Positions 1 to 11,232 of a stretch of 64,000 nucleotides of DNA are shown here, piece by piece. The notes below the pieces were generated by a model. It ran no database searches. It was not told where the DNA came from and was given only the letters and a program-made list of their open reading frames with translations. The position numbers were made by a program, and so were the translations under genes. Numbering within the stretch: position 1 is the first letter of the stretch; every line of letters starts with the position of its first letter. This DNA is from Fistulifera solaris (lineage: Eukaryota), in NCBI GenBank assembly GCA_030295235.1, contig AP026162.1:1922001-1986000 (forward strand). The letters run 5' to 3'.

Positions 1-36
1 TGAAAGAATCTACCTTTGAATGGAGTATTTTATTGT

Positions 37-1070
37 TTAAGCCGATGTGACAGCATAGACACGGATCTTGTTGTCCGTGTAACCAGCAAAGAGGGTCGAG
101 CCATCCGCCGACCAGGCGAGGCACGTGCAAGCCGGGGTTTTGCCATTTTCGGTTTCCTCCGGACGCAAGGTATCGACGACGACCTTGGATTCCAGATCCC
201 AAATCTTGATCGAGTCATCGGTGGCGGCGCACAACCAATATCGGTTTGGTGAGAACACCAATCCGTGAATAATTTCACCGGCATCGAGAGAGTACAAGCG
301 CTTGCCCTCGTTGAGGTCCCAAAGCATGGCGGTATTGTCCTTTCCTCCACTGGCGGCCAAGGAACCATCCGGGGAAACACAGACGGTATTCAAGTATCCG
401 GTGTGTCCAACGAGGTCGTTGCGGAGTTCACAGTTGGTGAGGTTCCAGACCTTGACAAGTCGATCCCAACCAGCCGAAACAATAAGAGGGACCGACTGCG
501 AAGGAGAGAATCGTACGCAAGAAACCCACTCGCTGTGGCCCTTGGAGTCTCCGCTGATAGTGTACTTGCATTCACCGAGAGTGTTCCAGAGACGGATGGT
601 TTTGTCACGAGAACCTGAAAAAGAAGATAAAAATCGGTTAGGACAACTTGTATTCTCTTGTGATACCTCAGTTCGTTCGTAACGCTTCAAAGTGACATAC
701 CGGATACAATCTGACGGTTATCTACCGAGAAAGCGACCGACAAGACATCTTTCTCGTGTCCTACAAATCGGCGAGTCGTCTTTCCTGTGCTAATATCCCA
801 CAATCGCAATTCGGAGTCCCAACTGGCACTGAGAGCAAAAGCACCGTCCGAAGAGAGCACAACATCCGACACGAAGTGATTGTGTCCACGAAGGGCGCGG
901 CGAGCATAGCCGTACTCTTCACTGCTGTGGGTCAAGTGCCACACAACAATGGACTTGTCTCGTGAAGACGAAACCAAGAGGTTGGGATCTTCCGGAGTGG
1001 TGGCAAGGCTGGTAACCCAGTCACCGTGAGTGGCAAGAACGCCGCGCAGAACCAAAGTATCAGATGACAT
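37..1070 (-). CDS. RACK1: RACK1 / G-beta-like WD40 ribosomal protein; 2 exons (1070-701, 614-37), intron 615-700
   Basis: Typical RACK1 WD40 sequence ([16 protein letters not shown] start, [28 protein letters not shown]). Intron GTATGT...TTTCAG joins [14 protein letters not shown] in frame. Confidence 0.97.
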
Positions 1071-1323
1071 TGCTAAATAGTGATGACTTGACAGAAAATT
1101 GCTATTGCAGTCGTCTGGATTTCGTGATGTCGAACAGGCAAAGGACGTTCACTCTTTCCAGCAGGTGGACGAGAAACGCTCGTTTACGCAGTCCACCGCG
1201 TACACACAATTTTTTACTTCTTCTCGATTTACTAAACCGTCAGTAGCCCGGGTCGCGGACAGGAAACATGGTGTTTTACAATGTGACTTTTGTACTTAAG
1301 TCAAAACCACTTTGCACACACAA

Positions 1324-1414
1324 CTCTCGATAGCTCAGTTGGCAGAGCGGCAGACTGTAGAAGGTTTACTATGCATTTATCTGTAGGTCACTGGTTCGAT
1401 TCCAGTTCGAGAGA
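1324..1414 (+). tRNA. tRNA-Tyr (GTA) with an 18-nt intron at 1361-1378
   Basis: Acceptor stem CTCTCGA/TCGAGAG+A, D arm GCTC/GAGC, anticodon stem GCAGA/TCTGT with CT-GTA-G, intron after position 37, T arm ACTGG-TTCGATT-CCAGT, T-run at ~1425. Confidence 0.96.
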
Positions 1415-1521
1415 TTGTTTCTGCTTTTTGTCAATATCATCTTTTTTCAAAGAAAATGAAGCACTTTTTTCCGCAACCGCAACAAGCAAGCATTCTTCAT
1501 TTACTACTTCACTCAAACAAC

Positions 1522-2941
1522 ATGGCGGCTCCTCCAGAACAAAAAAAATCCGAAGCCTGCTCCGATTCCAGAAAGGAAAGAGACGGGAGAGAAACAGGTC
1601 CGCTTTTCGGAAAACACAAAAACCGACGCATCCGCGAAACAACAACCGTACTCGAGAAGAATTGTACTTGCTGGTAAAGGCAAGGGTAAAGCGAAACCTA
1701 TCCGCGATGTAGGAATTTTTATTGCAATATTTGCGGTACTTATGTTCATAACACGAGATTTTGAAAAGTCGGTTGTCACCAATCCAGACGAAGATGAAGA
1801 TGCAATTGTTCCGCAAGATCCGATTGCTGATAAGCTAAATAAACTTGCCAATGCATTCGTCAAATTGGCACAATCAGATATGGATTCAAAGCCATTTAGA
1901 AAGGAGCCGTGCGATATATTTCTACGGCTGGGGACGATTCCCAAAACAGGCTACAGTTTATTTGCCGGAAGAAATTATACCCAGGATGAAATGATCCCCA
2001 TTCCCGGCTTGGAGATCTCACGATGGTTTCCCATTCGTGACGATCAAAGTCATACTTTAAATATCGCGCCTCACGGATTTCTATTGAAGCATCATCCGCT
2101 GCAAATCAACGTACAAGGTATGCTCATGACCGAGACGGACATGACACAAAGTGTATCGGTTCGTGCGACGAGGGATATACGAGAAGGAGAAGAACTGTTT
2201 GTCGACTTTCAACAACATCCCGCGAAATATTTGACAATGCACTCGTTTGACTCTATACCGTCTCCCGAAGATCACGAGATTGCTCGTGAGATTCGTACCG
2301 ATGTTGTGCTTACGGGTAAGCGTCTGGTGCACGGACAGCGAAAGAAATCGGTGAAAATCAACCCTGCCCCGCTACTTGCAATGATGCAGCGATCGATGGA
2401 AAAAGTTCGACCTCAAGTAGCCGCTCTATTGCATCACGAAACCATGTACGAGTCATTGCTATACCATCACAAAGTCAATTCTGTATGCCCGAGCGACGTT
2501 GTTGTTATAGACTCCACTTCGGTTCGGACACGTTATGCGGTAAAAATGAGTAATGAACTCACAGTGATTCCTCTACAACGCTTGATTACATTGAAGGAAG
2601 AAGAGAAAGAAAATTGGTCGTTGCACTGTGTTCCAGTTGAGAAAGAATCCCGGATCGAGTGGTATTGCCCACTGACCATGTCGGCGCAACACTTGATTAC
2701 GGCGCCGGATAATTCGCCTCACAATGTGGAGTTAAAATGGGTAGAACACGAAGACTTGCATAATCGAAATGACTTGTTTGCTTGGAAAATAGTTGCATTG
2801 CAGGATTTGCCCGCTGGAGCCGAGGTACGTAGCAACTGCCATTCTACGAGGTGCTCCGATATCTTGCCTAAACTCTCGTTTCTGTCCCATCTTCAACAGC
2901 TCAAGTTCTCACAGGAATGGAAAGAAAATTTTTTTGCGTGA
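1522..2941 (+). CDS. Membrane-anchored protein with two SET-like motifs; frameshift near 1620, probable in-frame intron 2825-2899
   Basis: The ATG 1522 frame joins the 1742 frame after a 1-nt indel in an A-run, giving the hydrophobic segment GIFIAIFAVLMFI. SET-like motifs: GYSLFAGRNY, VRATRDIREGEELFVDF, IVALQDLPAGAE|L. GTACGT...CAACAG intron. Confidence 0.65.
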
Positions 2942-3070
2942 GTCAAGTATCTTGGAAAGTTTTTATTGTGCCGTATAACAATGTAGGACCGATTTTGGAA
3001 AGGTGTTATCAAAACTGTTTCTTATTAATGTATTTGACCAAGTTCTTCCTCCTTCTCTATACTAGCAATA

Positions 3071-4473
3071 TCACCGTCGCCGAAAGCTAACCGTTTTCCC
3101 GGTTTTAGACACCTTGCAATCGAATCGCGAGAACTGATACGGCAATAAGTTATCCAGATCTTTTCTCACATAACCATCACGTTTGAACAGGGGGTCGTCT
3201 ACGGTCGGATTTGTAATCGATCGGGGTTGCTTTGGATTTTCTTCTTGATCCCGGAAGAGCGACTCAATCTGATTCTCTTCATCGTCGTTGTACTGACTAC
3301 TGTAGAACGGATTTCCCCATGTCTCCCAATTATCACCACACTGCCCATCGTCCGCTTCGCCGATGAGTATGTATTCCTGTACATACTTTTCCCGGAACAA
3401 TTTCGTCCAGTCCTCTCCCATTGGCATCCAACTACAGAGCACGATTACTTGTTTGGAGTGGCAATCCGATGCGTGAATGTGCAAGGCTTCTTCCACAGAT
3501 AGGCTTTCCACCCAAGCTTTGGGAGAGATCTTCCAGCTCCCGTCGTCAGTCGCAATGATCCTCGGAGCCCGGAACTTTCGATGATTGCTCCGGCGTGGTT
3601 GTTGCGCAAAATATTCTTCCAGGGCTTCCGTCAGTAACCCATCACCCGCACCCACATCCAACACAATGGTTTCCCCCCGCAAACGTCTGTACTCTTTGTC
3701 GCAAGTAATCTCCCAAACGATCGACATATTCTTGGGTCCAAAGTTGATAAATATCATGCAGTTCACAAAATGTATTCCACGGGCCACACGTTTTAACAAA
3801 GCCCCCGTGACTTCCAAGAGATCCTCGAGAGAGACATCGGCCACGCTCTGGTTACTATCGGGTACAATGGCTGTGACGACACCGCCTCCTCGCAACCGCA
3901 GAGTCCGTCCATTCAGTTGTTCTCGAACAATCTGATCCATGACATGAAACCGTTGACTGGTTTTGTGCAAAGCCCAATCGCGCATATCAAAAGCATCGAG
4001 GACTTGATCGGTTGTGGGTAAGTTATTGCGTCGACTTTCCTTTTTCAAATCAAACCGCGTCCCGTATTTGGCTTGCAGAAATTCCATCCGACACCATTTC
4101 CGTAATCGGTGGTGATATTGCCACTTGAAAACATCGGACCAAACTTCATTCGGAACCAGCGACGATCTTATGAAGCTTTCCAAGATTTGTATGCAATCCT
4201 CGGCCGTTCGTGACGAACTTTGATTTTGTTGCAAGTCGGAGGAATATCGTAAGATCGATATCGCCGTCTCTTGCTGTGCGTCGGACGCCATCATGTCATA
4301 CAATTCCAGGAAATCAGTTTCTGTGCAACGGGAAGTAACAGCAAACTATCCAAGGCAGCATTGTCACGAACGACACCTCTTCCTAATGTGTAACGCCATT
4401 GAATGCCATTTCGTAGCAATGCCGGTCCTAACCAGCGATTGATGCGTTTGCTCAGGAGTGAAAGGACTACCAT
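3071..4473 (-). CDS. Hypothetical protein with a class I SAM-dependent methyltransferase motif; several frameshifts
   Basis: Motif I IVLDVGAGDG, plus IIATDDGSW and VLCSWMPMGEDW. Compensating frameshifts at ~3800 and ~3680 restore GFVKTCGPWNTFCELHDIYQLWTQEYVDRLGDYL; a further shift lies near 4305. Confidence 0.7.
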
Positions 4474-4630
4474 TCTAGCCCCCAATCGCTTACAACGCGA
4501 ACACAATGACACTCCGAAAACGGTTCAACTTGATTTCAATCTATATGTCGAACGCGAATGAATGAAAATGAATGATGCGAGCTCAGATGCGATGATCATT
4601 GACGGACGAATGTGGTACGGTAGTCAAAAT

Positions 4631-4780
4631 CACGTGTCCAGAAAATGTGGGCAAGTGATTTTTCACGTTTCCAGAAAATGTGAGGATGTGATTTTCCGTT
4701 TCCAAAAAAATGTGAGCACGTGGAATTTGGACGTTAAGGTACTTGTACCAGAAAATTTAGGGACGTGGTATTTTCACGTG
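4631..4780. repeat. Degenerate ~32-bp tandem repeat (~4 copies), consensus CACGTTTCCAGAAAATGTGRGSANGTGATTTT
   Basis: Copies start at about 4631, 4664, 4696 and 4745; read directly. Confidence 0.75.
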
Positions 4781-4811
4781 CACAAACATTTCTGTAGCCA
4801 CGACGACGCCG

Positions 4812-6160
4812 TTCTGTTTCCAGAATGTCTGGAATGCGCACATCATTCAGTAGGATACAAATTCCAGAATATCTGGAACATGCGCTTTCTTTCGTTATGA
4901 TCCTAAACACATTTTCCAGAATTTCTGGAACGCGCACATCATTCCGGTAGGATCCCAAACACCGTTGCCAAAATTCGGGAACATCCACAGCATTTCGGTA
5001 CCAGGTAAGATCGAAACAACTGGTCCAGAATTTCTGGACTACTACAGAATTTCTGTATGATCCGAAACACCTATTCCAGAATATCTGGAATCTGCGCTTT
5101 CTTTCGTAATGATCCTTAACACATTTTCCAGAATTTCTGGAATGCGCACATCATTCAGGTAGGATCCCAAACACCGTTGTCAGAAATTCAGGAACGTGCA
5201 CAGCATTTCGGTAAGAATCGAACAACTGGTTCCGAATTTCTGGACTACTACAGAATTTCTGTATGACTCGAAACACTATTCCAGAATATCTGGAACTTGC
5301 ACTTTCTTTCGATCCAAAACACTGTTTCCAGAATTTCTGGAACGCGTAGAGCATTCCGGTAGGATCACAAACAACGTATCCAGAAATTCAGGAACGTGCA
5401 CAGCATGTCGGTAAGAATCGAACAACTGGTTCCGAATTTCTGGACTATTACAGAATTTCTGTATGACCCGAAACACCTATTCCAGAATATCTGGAACTTG
5501 CACTTTCTTTCGATCCAAAACACTGTTTCCAGAATTTCTGGAACGCGTAGAGCATTCCGGTAGGATCACAAACAACGTATCCAGAAATTCAGGAACGTGC
5601 ACAGCATGTCGGTAAGAATCGAACAACTGGTTCCGAATTTCTGGACTATTACAGAATTTCTGTATGACCCGAAACACCTATTCCAGAATATCTGGAAAAT
5701 GCGCTTTCTTTCGTTATGATCCAAAATACAGTTTCCAGAATGTCTGGAATGCGCACAGCATTCCGGTAGGATCCCAAACACCGTTGCCAAAATTCGGGAA
5801 CATCCACAGCATTTCGGTACCAGGTACGATCGAAACAACTGGTCCAGAATTTCTGGACAACTACAGAATTTCTGTATGATCCGAAACACCTATTCCAGAA
5901 TATCTGGAACATGCGCTTTCTTTCGTTATGATCCTAAACACATTTTCCAGAATTTCTGGAACGCGCACATCATTCCGGTAGAATCCCAAACACCGTTGCC
6001 AGTATTTATTGGAACGTGCACAGCATTAGGTAAGATCGAACAACTGGTCCAGAATTTCTGGACAAATACAGAATTTCTGTATGACTCGAAACACTATTCC
6101 AGAATATCTGGAACATGCGCTTTCTTTCGTTATGATCCAAAACACAGTTTTTAGAATGTC
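4812..6160. repeat. Satellite array: ~6.5 units of 201-212 bp, each built from four ~50-bp palindrome-cored monomers
   Basis: TTCCAGAATATCTGGAA recurs at 4862, 5074, 5279, 5480, 5681, 5893 and 6097 (periods 212, 205, 201, 201, 212, 204). Confidence 0.95.
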
Positions 6161-6362
6161 ACGAATACTTCAACTCTCAATCCTTCCTTATCTCGTTCAT
6201 ACTATAGCCGAAACATTACAATAAAGCTAGTCTATTTTCGTTAATTGTAAAACAGCGTCGTGTCTTCACTTTTTCGCCTCATAAAAAGTATGCAAGCCTT
6301 CATCATCGGCAAGTGAAAAGGATTATATTCGCCTTCCAGATTCCATTCTGCCTTCTTGGCTG

Positions 6363-7451
6363 TTATCTAGTGATTTTCTCCACTTCTTCAAACTGGCGCA
6401 CCGATTGAAATCCAATCGCCACACCCGAAGGATCGACTAACCGTGGCACATCGTCCTCGCCCGCATCTGGCAAGGGATTGTAGACAAGATTCAGCCCCTC
6501 GACGACGGGATTGATCGTCGGCTGCTTCTTTCGTTTTTGCGTCGGAAGCAACAGAACGCCCATACAATTCGCCGAAGGTGCCATGTACACCGATTTCGCC
6601 GGCTGTGGAGGCTCAAATTGCCCCATGCCCTTCGAAGGTCGTGCGTACGGATACTCCTGTTCGACAAATCCCAATTGTTGATAAAAGGCTCGACTTTCCT
6701 CCACACTCGCACAACGAATCGCCACAAACATGATGGGGTCCGGCACAAGTCCCACAATCCCTCGAATCGGTAGTCCCGACGGCGAAATGACATTGACGTA
6801 ACCGTAGGCGTCCAAAATAGTCCCACCCGACTTGACCATTTGGGAGATTCGATATTCGGGCACTCCGAGTTGTAAATAGGCAATGTTATCTCCCGGTGGT
6901 GTCGAATCACCCACTCGATAAAGGGGGTTGGTGATGGTTTTGTCGTACACAATGTGAATGGAAGCATGGCCACCGTAAGATGCTAACGATGACACGGGAG
7001 GCTGAAAGCTGTCGGGGATACTGAGCTGCTCTGGACCAAACCCCATCCATGTTTCTTCAATCGGACCACGGATCCGACGACGAAGTACTTGACATTCGAA
7101 GCCATTCTCTAAAAATTGGATCATACTGTCCAGTTGGGATTGATCCGCCACTTTGATGGTGATGCCTTGCAAAATGGCGTTATCGTTAGCGAACTCAGGG
7201 AGTGTTCCGACTGCCGCAATCGATGGCAGGGCCACACTGGCGGTGAGTCCGGCAGCAGTAGATGTAATGAATTGTCGTCGGGAGAAAGCTGGGTCTTGTG
7301 TTGGAATGTCGTGATTGTTGTTGGTAGCTAGTCGGCTTGTCACCATGCGTCGATTGGCCGAATGCTGTGTTACGCTGAAAGACCATGGATGCGCATGGGG
7401 AACTAGCAAACTAACAAGTGTAATTCCTCTCAAAAGAAATGAGTCTCTCAT
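6363..7451 (-). CDS. Glyoxalase/VOC-fold-like protein with signal peptide, transit peptide and twin-arginine motif (probably plastid/thylakoid lumen)
   Basis: VOC-like segments (DNIAYLQLGVP, VISPSGLPIR, PIMFVAIRCASVEESRAFYQQLGF, LVDPSGVAIGF). Hydrophobic N-terminus, then FSRRQFI followed by a hydrophobic stretch ending PSIAA. Confidence 0.7.
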   Translation of the reverse strand: MRDSFLLRGITLVSLLVPHAHPWSFSVTQHSANRRMVTSRLATNNNHDIPTQDPAFSRRQFITSTAAGLTASVALPSIAAVGTLPEFANDNAILQGITIKVADQSQLDSMIQFLENGFECQVLRRRIRGPIEETWMGFGPEQLSIPDSFQPPVSSLASYGGHASIHIVYDKTITNPLYRVGDSTPPGDNIAYLQLGVPEYRISQMVKSGGTILDAYGYVNVISPSGLPIRGIVGLVPDPIMFVAIRCASVEESRAFYQQLGFVEQEYPYARPSKGMGQFEPPQPAKSVYMAPSANCMGVLLLPTQKRKKQPTINPVVEGLNLVYNPLPDAGEDDVPRLVDPSGVAIGFQSVRQFEEVEKITR

Positions 7452-8188
7452 GAGTATTTAATGTTGACGCGAAAGGTTAGAATTGATACTGTTATTGTGA
7501 ACGATAATGATGATGGTGATGATGTGTCAAAACAACAAAAATCCGATCGGACAAGAAAAGACGCGACGAGGTGCGCACATGCGTGGAATCATGACTGAAA
7601 TGCTGTCGGAGTCATGTCCGGCGTACACATTGGTATAGAGTGCTTATGCGATTTTTGTTGCGAAGAAGTTATAAGCTTTTGGAGTCGAAAGTCTCCCAAA
7701 CTAACTCTCAAAAGCAACGCCATCGATAGAAACATTGTTTCTTTTTGGGAGTATTGATTAGTCTAGTCGTGCGCAACGTTACGTTCAACTTCAACATCTT
7801 CGTTGGTTTCGTGACTGAAATCCAGACGTGAAAAAAGTAATCTACACGTTGCTCCATAGTAAATCTTTGACGTTAAGCTTTAAGGTCAGTTCTTCGAGAT
7901 CGATCCGCATAATTCGCGTATTGAAAACGTAACATTTTCACAGCTCTTATTGCAACAATCCCTTTCAAAAGAGTCGCTTGAAACACGAAGCGGAAGTTGT
8001 GACGAATGAAAATCGGTTAGTCTCATGACTGACATCCAGTCAAGGAAGGTCGTCTCCCACCTACATTTAGAAATTATAGTGCTTTTTGCGGTGCAGCTTT
8101 TTCACGAAAAAAATAATAGACGCACGACGCACCATTGTTCAATGCTAATCAATTTACGCAATTGAGCACGACATTGATTATAGTAAAC

Positions 8189-9988
8189 ATGGAAACAGAC
8201 AATACAGCGACCCGTAAACGCAAGCAATCGGCGGTCGATGACGACGTGACGAACCAAACATGTCCTTACTTGGATACCGTGCAACGATCGCTGCTGGATT
8301 TTGATTTAGAACCCGCTTGCAGTATCACGTTAGAAACAGGTCCGCACATTTATGGTTGTCTGGTGTGCGGAAAATTCTTTCGCGGGCGAGGACGACAAAC
8401 ACCCGCGTACACGCATGCGGTGGAAGAATCGCATTTTGTCTTTGTGCATTTGACTCGAGGGACCTTTCACTGTCTTCCGGACGATTACGAAATTCACGAC
8501 ACTTCCTTGTCCGATGTTCGGGCGGCTTTGCATCCCCAATTCACTCCCGAACAAATTGATTCGCTCGATTCGAATACACAACTCAGTCGCGACTTGTTGG
8601 GGCGACGATATTTGCCCGGATTCATCGGACTCAACAATCTGCACAAGACGGATTGCATTAATGCTGTTGTGCAAGCACTGGCACATGTACCGCCGTTGCG
8701 GGATTATTTCTTGCGGCGATCGGAGATCGGCAACACGAATAATATACACAAGCACCGTCTGGCGTATCATGTTACCGAATGCTTTGGGGAGTTGGTGCGC
8801 AAAATGTGGAGTGATACCCGATTCAAAAGTCACGTCGATCCCCATCGTCTGGTACAAGCGGTGGCGGCGGCCTCCAAAACGAAATTTCCTGTCGGGCAAC
8901 AAGCCGAAGCGGGGGAACTGGTGGCTTGGTTACTGCATCAGCTTCATTTGGGGACAGGAGGGAGTTTGAACATGAATAGCAAAAAGAAATCGAAGCAACA
9001 GAGTATTATTCAAAAAGTATTTCAAGGAGAAGTTATGGTGGCAACGCGACAAGCGGCGCGATCAGGCAATCAACTCAAAGAGTCGGAAGCGGAGCGTTCT
9101 GACGATCGGGAAGGGAGTGGCGACGAAGAAGAGGAACAAGAAAAGATGAACGGCGATGTGCCCACAGTTGCCGCTCCGCGAATCGAAGAAATTACCAATA
9201 CGAGCAGTTTTTTGCAACTAACACTTGATATCCCGGAGAAGCCGCTTTTTCGTGACGAGAATGGTGGTTTGGTGATTCCGCAGGAACCACTTTCTAACGT
9301 TTTGAGAAAATTCGACGGTGTCTCCTTTTGGGATGTTGTCAGTGCTTCGGGAGTTGTGCAACGAAAGAAGTATCAGCTACTTCGACTTCCAAACTATTTA
9401 ATCCTACATTTAGCACGCTTCAAGACAAATCAGTACAGTCGGGAGAAAAATCCAACCATAGTTGCTTTTCCTGTCAAAAATCTCGATTTGAGTGACTATG
9501 TGAAACCACTGGAAGGTAAACCAAAGCTTCCCACCGAAGCTGAAGTGAGAAGTATGAATGTAAGTGCTACCGAATCATGCTGTGTTCGTTTGCGGACTAT
9601 CTAATTGTTTGTTTAACTGCAGGTGGCGGAGCTAAAGGATCTAATGCATAAGCACGGCCAAAGTGAAGCTGTCAAGGGAGCTCTGGAAAAGAGTGAACTG
9701 CTGGATCTGGTTCTCGATTTTGTTGTGAAGCGGCTCCCGGATCTTCTTGCAGACAAATACGATCTTATCGCAAATATTACCCACGAGAGTCCAGTGGACG
9801 TGGGACGAGAAGGAAAGCACGACCCTCTGCAAGAAGGATCTTACAAATGTCATGTTCAACACCGTGGTGCAAACCAGTGGTATGAAATGCAAGATCTCCA
9901 CGTACAAGAGATAATGCCTCAACAGATTGGTCTTTCCGAAAGTTATGTACTTATTTTCGAGCGCAAATCGGCACAAAAGACGTCGTAG
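8189..9988 (+). CDS. USP39: U4/U6.U5 tri-snRNP-associated protein 2 (USP39/SAD1); intron 9560-9622
   Basis: CPYLDTV, ZnF-UBP (IYGCLVCGKFFRGRG...HFVFVHL), YLPGFIGLNNL, EKNPTIVAFP, YDLIANITH, WYEMQDLHV. GTAAGT...CTGCAG intron in frame. Confidence 0.95.
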
Positions 9989-10053
9989 GATAAATTTAAG
10001 AAGAACTTACGCAAGATCCACCTATCGAATTAGTATTGAGTACACAAATCGGT

Positions 10054-11232
10054 TTAGACTTCAGTATAAGTAACAGCATCTGGATCGTTATCAGGCAGCT
10101 CTTCATCCTTTGACATTGCGTCCTTCGCGTCAATTCTTGTTACTGAGCTTTCTGGTGTTTGCGCTCGTATTTCAATAGGCTTGTCGGCTTGAACAGGAGC
10201 CGGTTTCTTCGACTTATATTTGAGATTTACATCAGTCGGTTGCCAGTGAGAGGGCAAGAAATACTTATACACATGCCAAAGTTTGTAAAGGTCCTCCACA
10301 TCCGTATTATGCGTGCGTTGCCATGTTGGCATCACTTGTTGAAAACTATTCGGGTTGGCTATCTCCTTGGATACTCTGAGAGGTGTTCGTGTCGTTGGTA
10401 AGCTACCCAGCGGATTCACATAGGAAGGTGTGTAAGAAGCCATCAACTTCATTATTGCTTCGGTCGGCGGCAGCGTCCATTCCTCCGAGGACACTTGCTG
10501 ATCTTCGATGTGACGACAACGATGCACGTGCATTTCCGCCAAAGGAACTAGGGATGCTGTCAACATTTCTTCGACGATTACACCCAACGCAACCAAAGCC
10601 GAAGTATCGAGTGATTCCCAACACGCATCTTTTTGCGGCTCCTTTTCTTCCCCGTTGCTGGCATAATCTTTTTCTATGATCTTCACAAAGCAGTCGTGCA
10701 AATACCGCAAGACTGAGGGTCGTGGTGGTATGTTTGGTAGCGCTCTCAGCATATTGGGAGGAGATGAGGACGATGAAAAGTCTGTAAAAGAGAGCTTCTT
10801 CAAAGGTATTTTGACTTTTTTGGGCCGTTTCCGCTTCTTTGTGACCTGATCTGCTTTCATCTTGCTCGACAGATCATTTTCCAAATCATCATCAAGCTTT
10901 CCCTCAAGAGATGAAGACGCGGAAACGTTGTCTTGTGTTCCTTCTCCTTGATCCGATTGCTTTGAGTTCTCAACCGATAACTCAGCAACATTATTATTTG
11001 GAGTGGATGGGCCCTTCTTCAGGGCATATGGAGCGTCCATGTGAAGAGCCCAGCCAATAAGTTCCTCGGTATTATCATGGATTAAAGTTTGCTGCCCATC
11101 GTCAAGCAATAGATCCCAATTACTCTCAAGGTATGACGCCGTCCCCGGGAAGTCATTCGTAATAGTCGCTATTCTCCGATTGGAAGGAACAAATTTCTCC
11201 TTCTTTTCTTCAACTCCAGGTGTTGTACTCAT
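10054..11232 (-). CDS. Hypothetical protein
   Basis: Uninterrupted ~392-codon ORF with coding-like composition; conserved-looking helix LDTSALVALGVIVEEML. No family recognised. Confidence 0.7.
   Translation of the reverse strand: MSTTPGVEEKKEKFVPSNRRIATITNDFPGTASYLESNWDLLLDDGQQTLIHDNTEELIGWALHMDAPYALKKGPSTPNNNVAELSVENSKQSDQGEGTQDNVSASSSLEGKLDDDLENDLSSKMKADQVTKKRKRPKKVKIPLKKLSFTDFSSSSSPPNMLRALPNIPPRPSVLRYLHDCFVKIIEKDYASNGEEKEPQKDACWESLDTSALVALGVIVEEMLTASLVPLAEMHVHRCRHIEDQQVSSEEWTLPPTEAIMKLMASYTPSYVNPLGSLPTTRTPLRVSKEIANPNSFQQVMPTWQRTHNTDVEDLYKLWHVYKYFLPSHWQPTDVNLKYKSKKPAPVQADKPIEIRAQTPESSVTRIDAKDAMSKDEELPDNDPDAVTYTEV

Noticed and set aside
615..700. snoRNA in the RACK1 intron (as for yeast ASC1/U24)
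   Set aside because: The intron is 86 nt with no recognisable box C and no rRNA complementarity that I could see.
4562..6154. Short ORFs within the satellite (and at 62214-63253)
   Set aside because: They are repeated translations of the repeat units with no protein-like features.
4812..6160. CRISPR array (palindromic ~17-bp repeats with ~33-bp spacers)
   Set aside because: The spacers recur every fourth monomer and resemble each other, there are no cas genes, and the context is eukaryotic. It is a higher-order satellite.
4812..6160. Canonical heat-shock element array
   Set aside because: TTCnnGAA pairs are present, but the central GAA-TTC spacing is 1 nt rather than 2, which breaks the nGAAn phasing.
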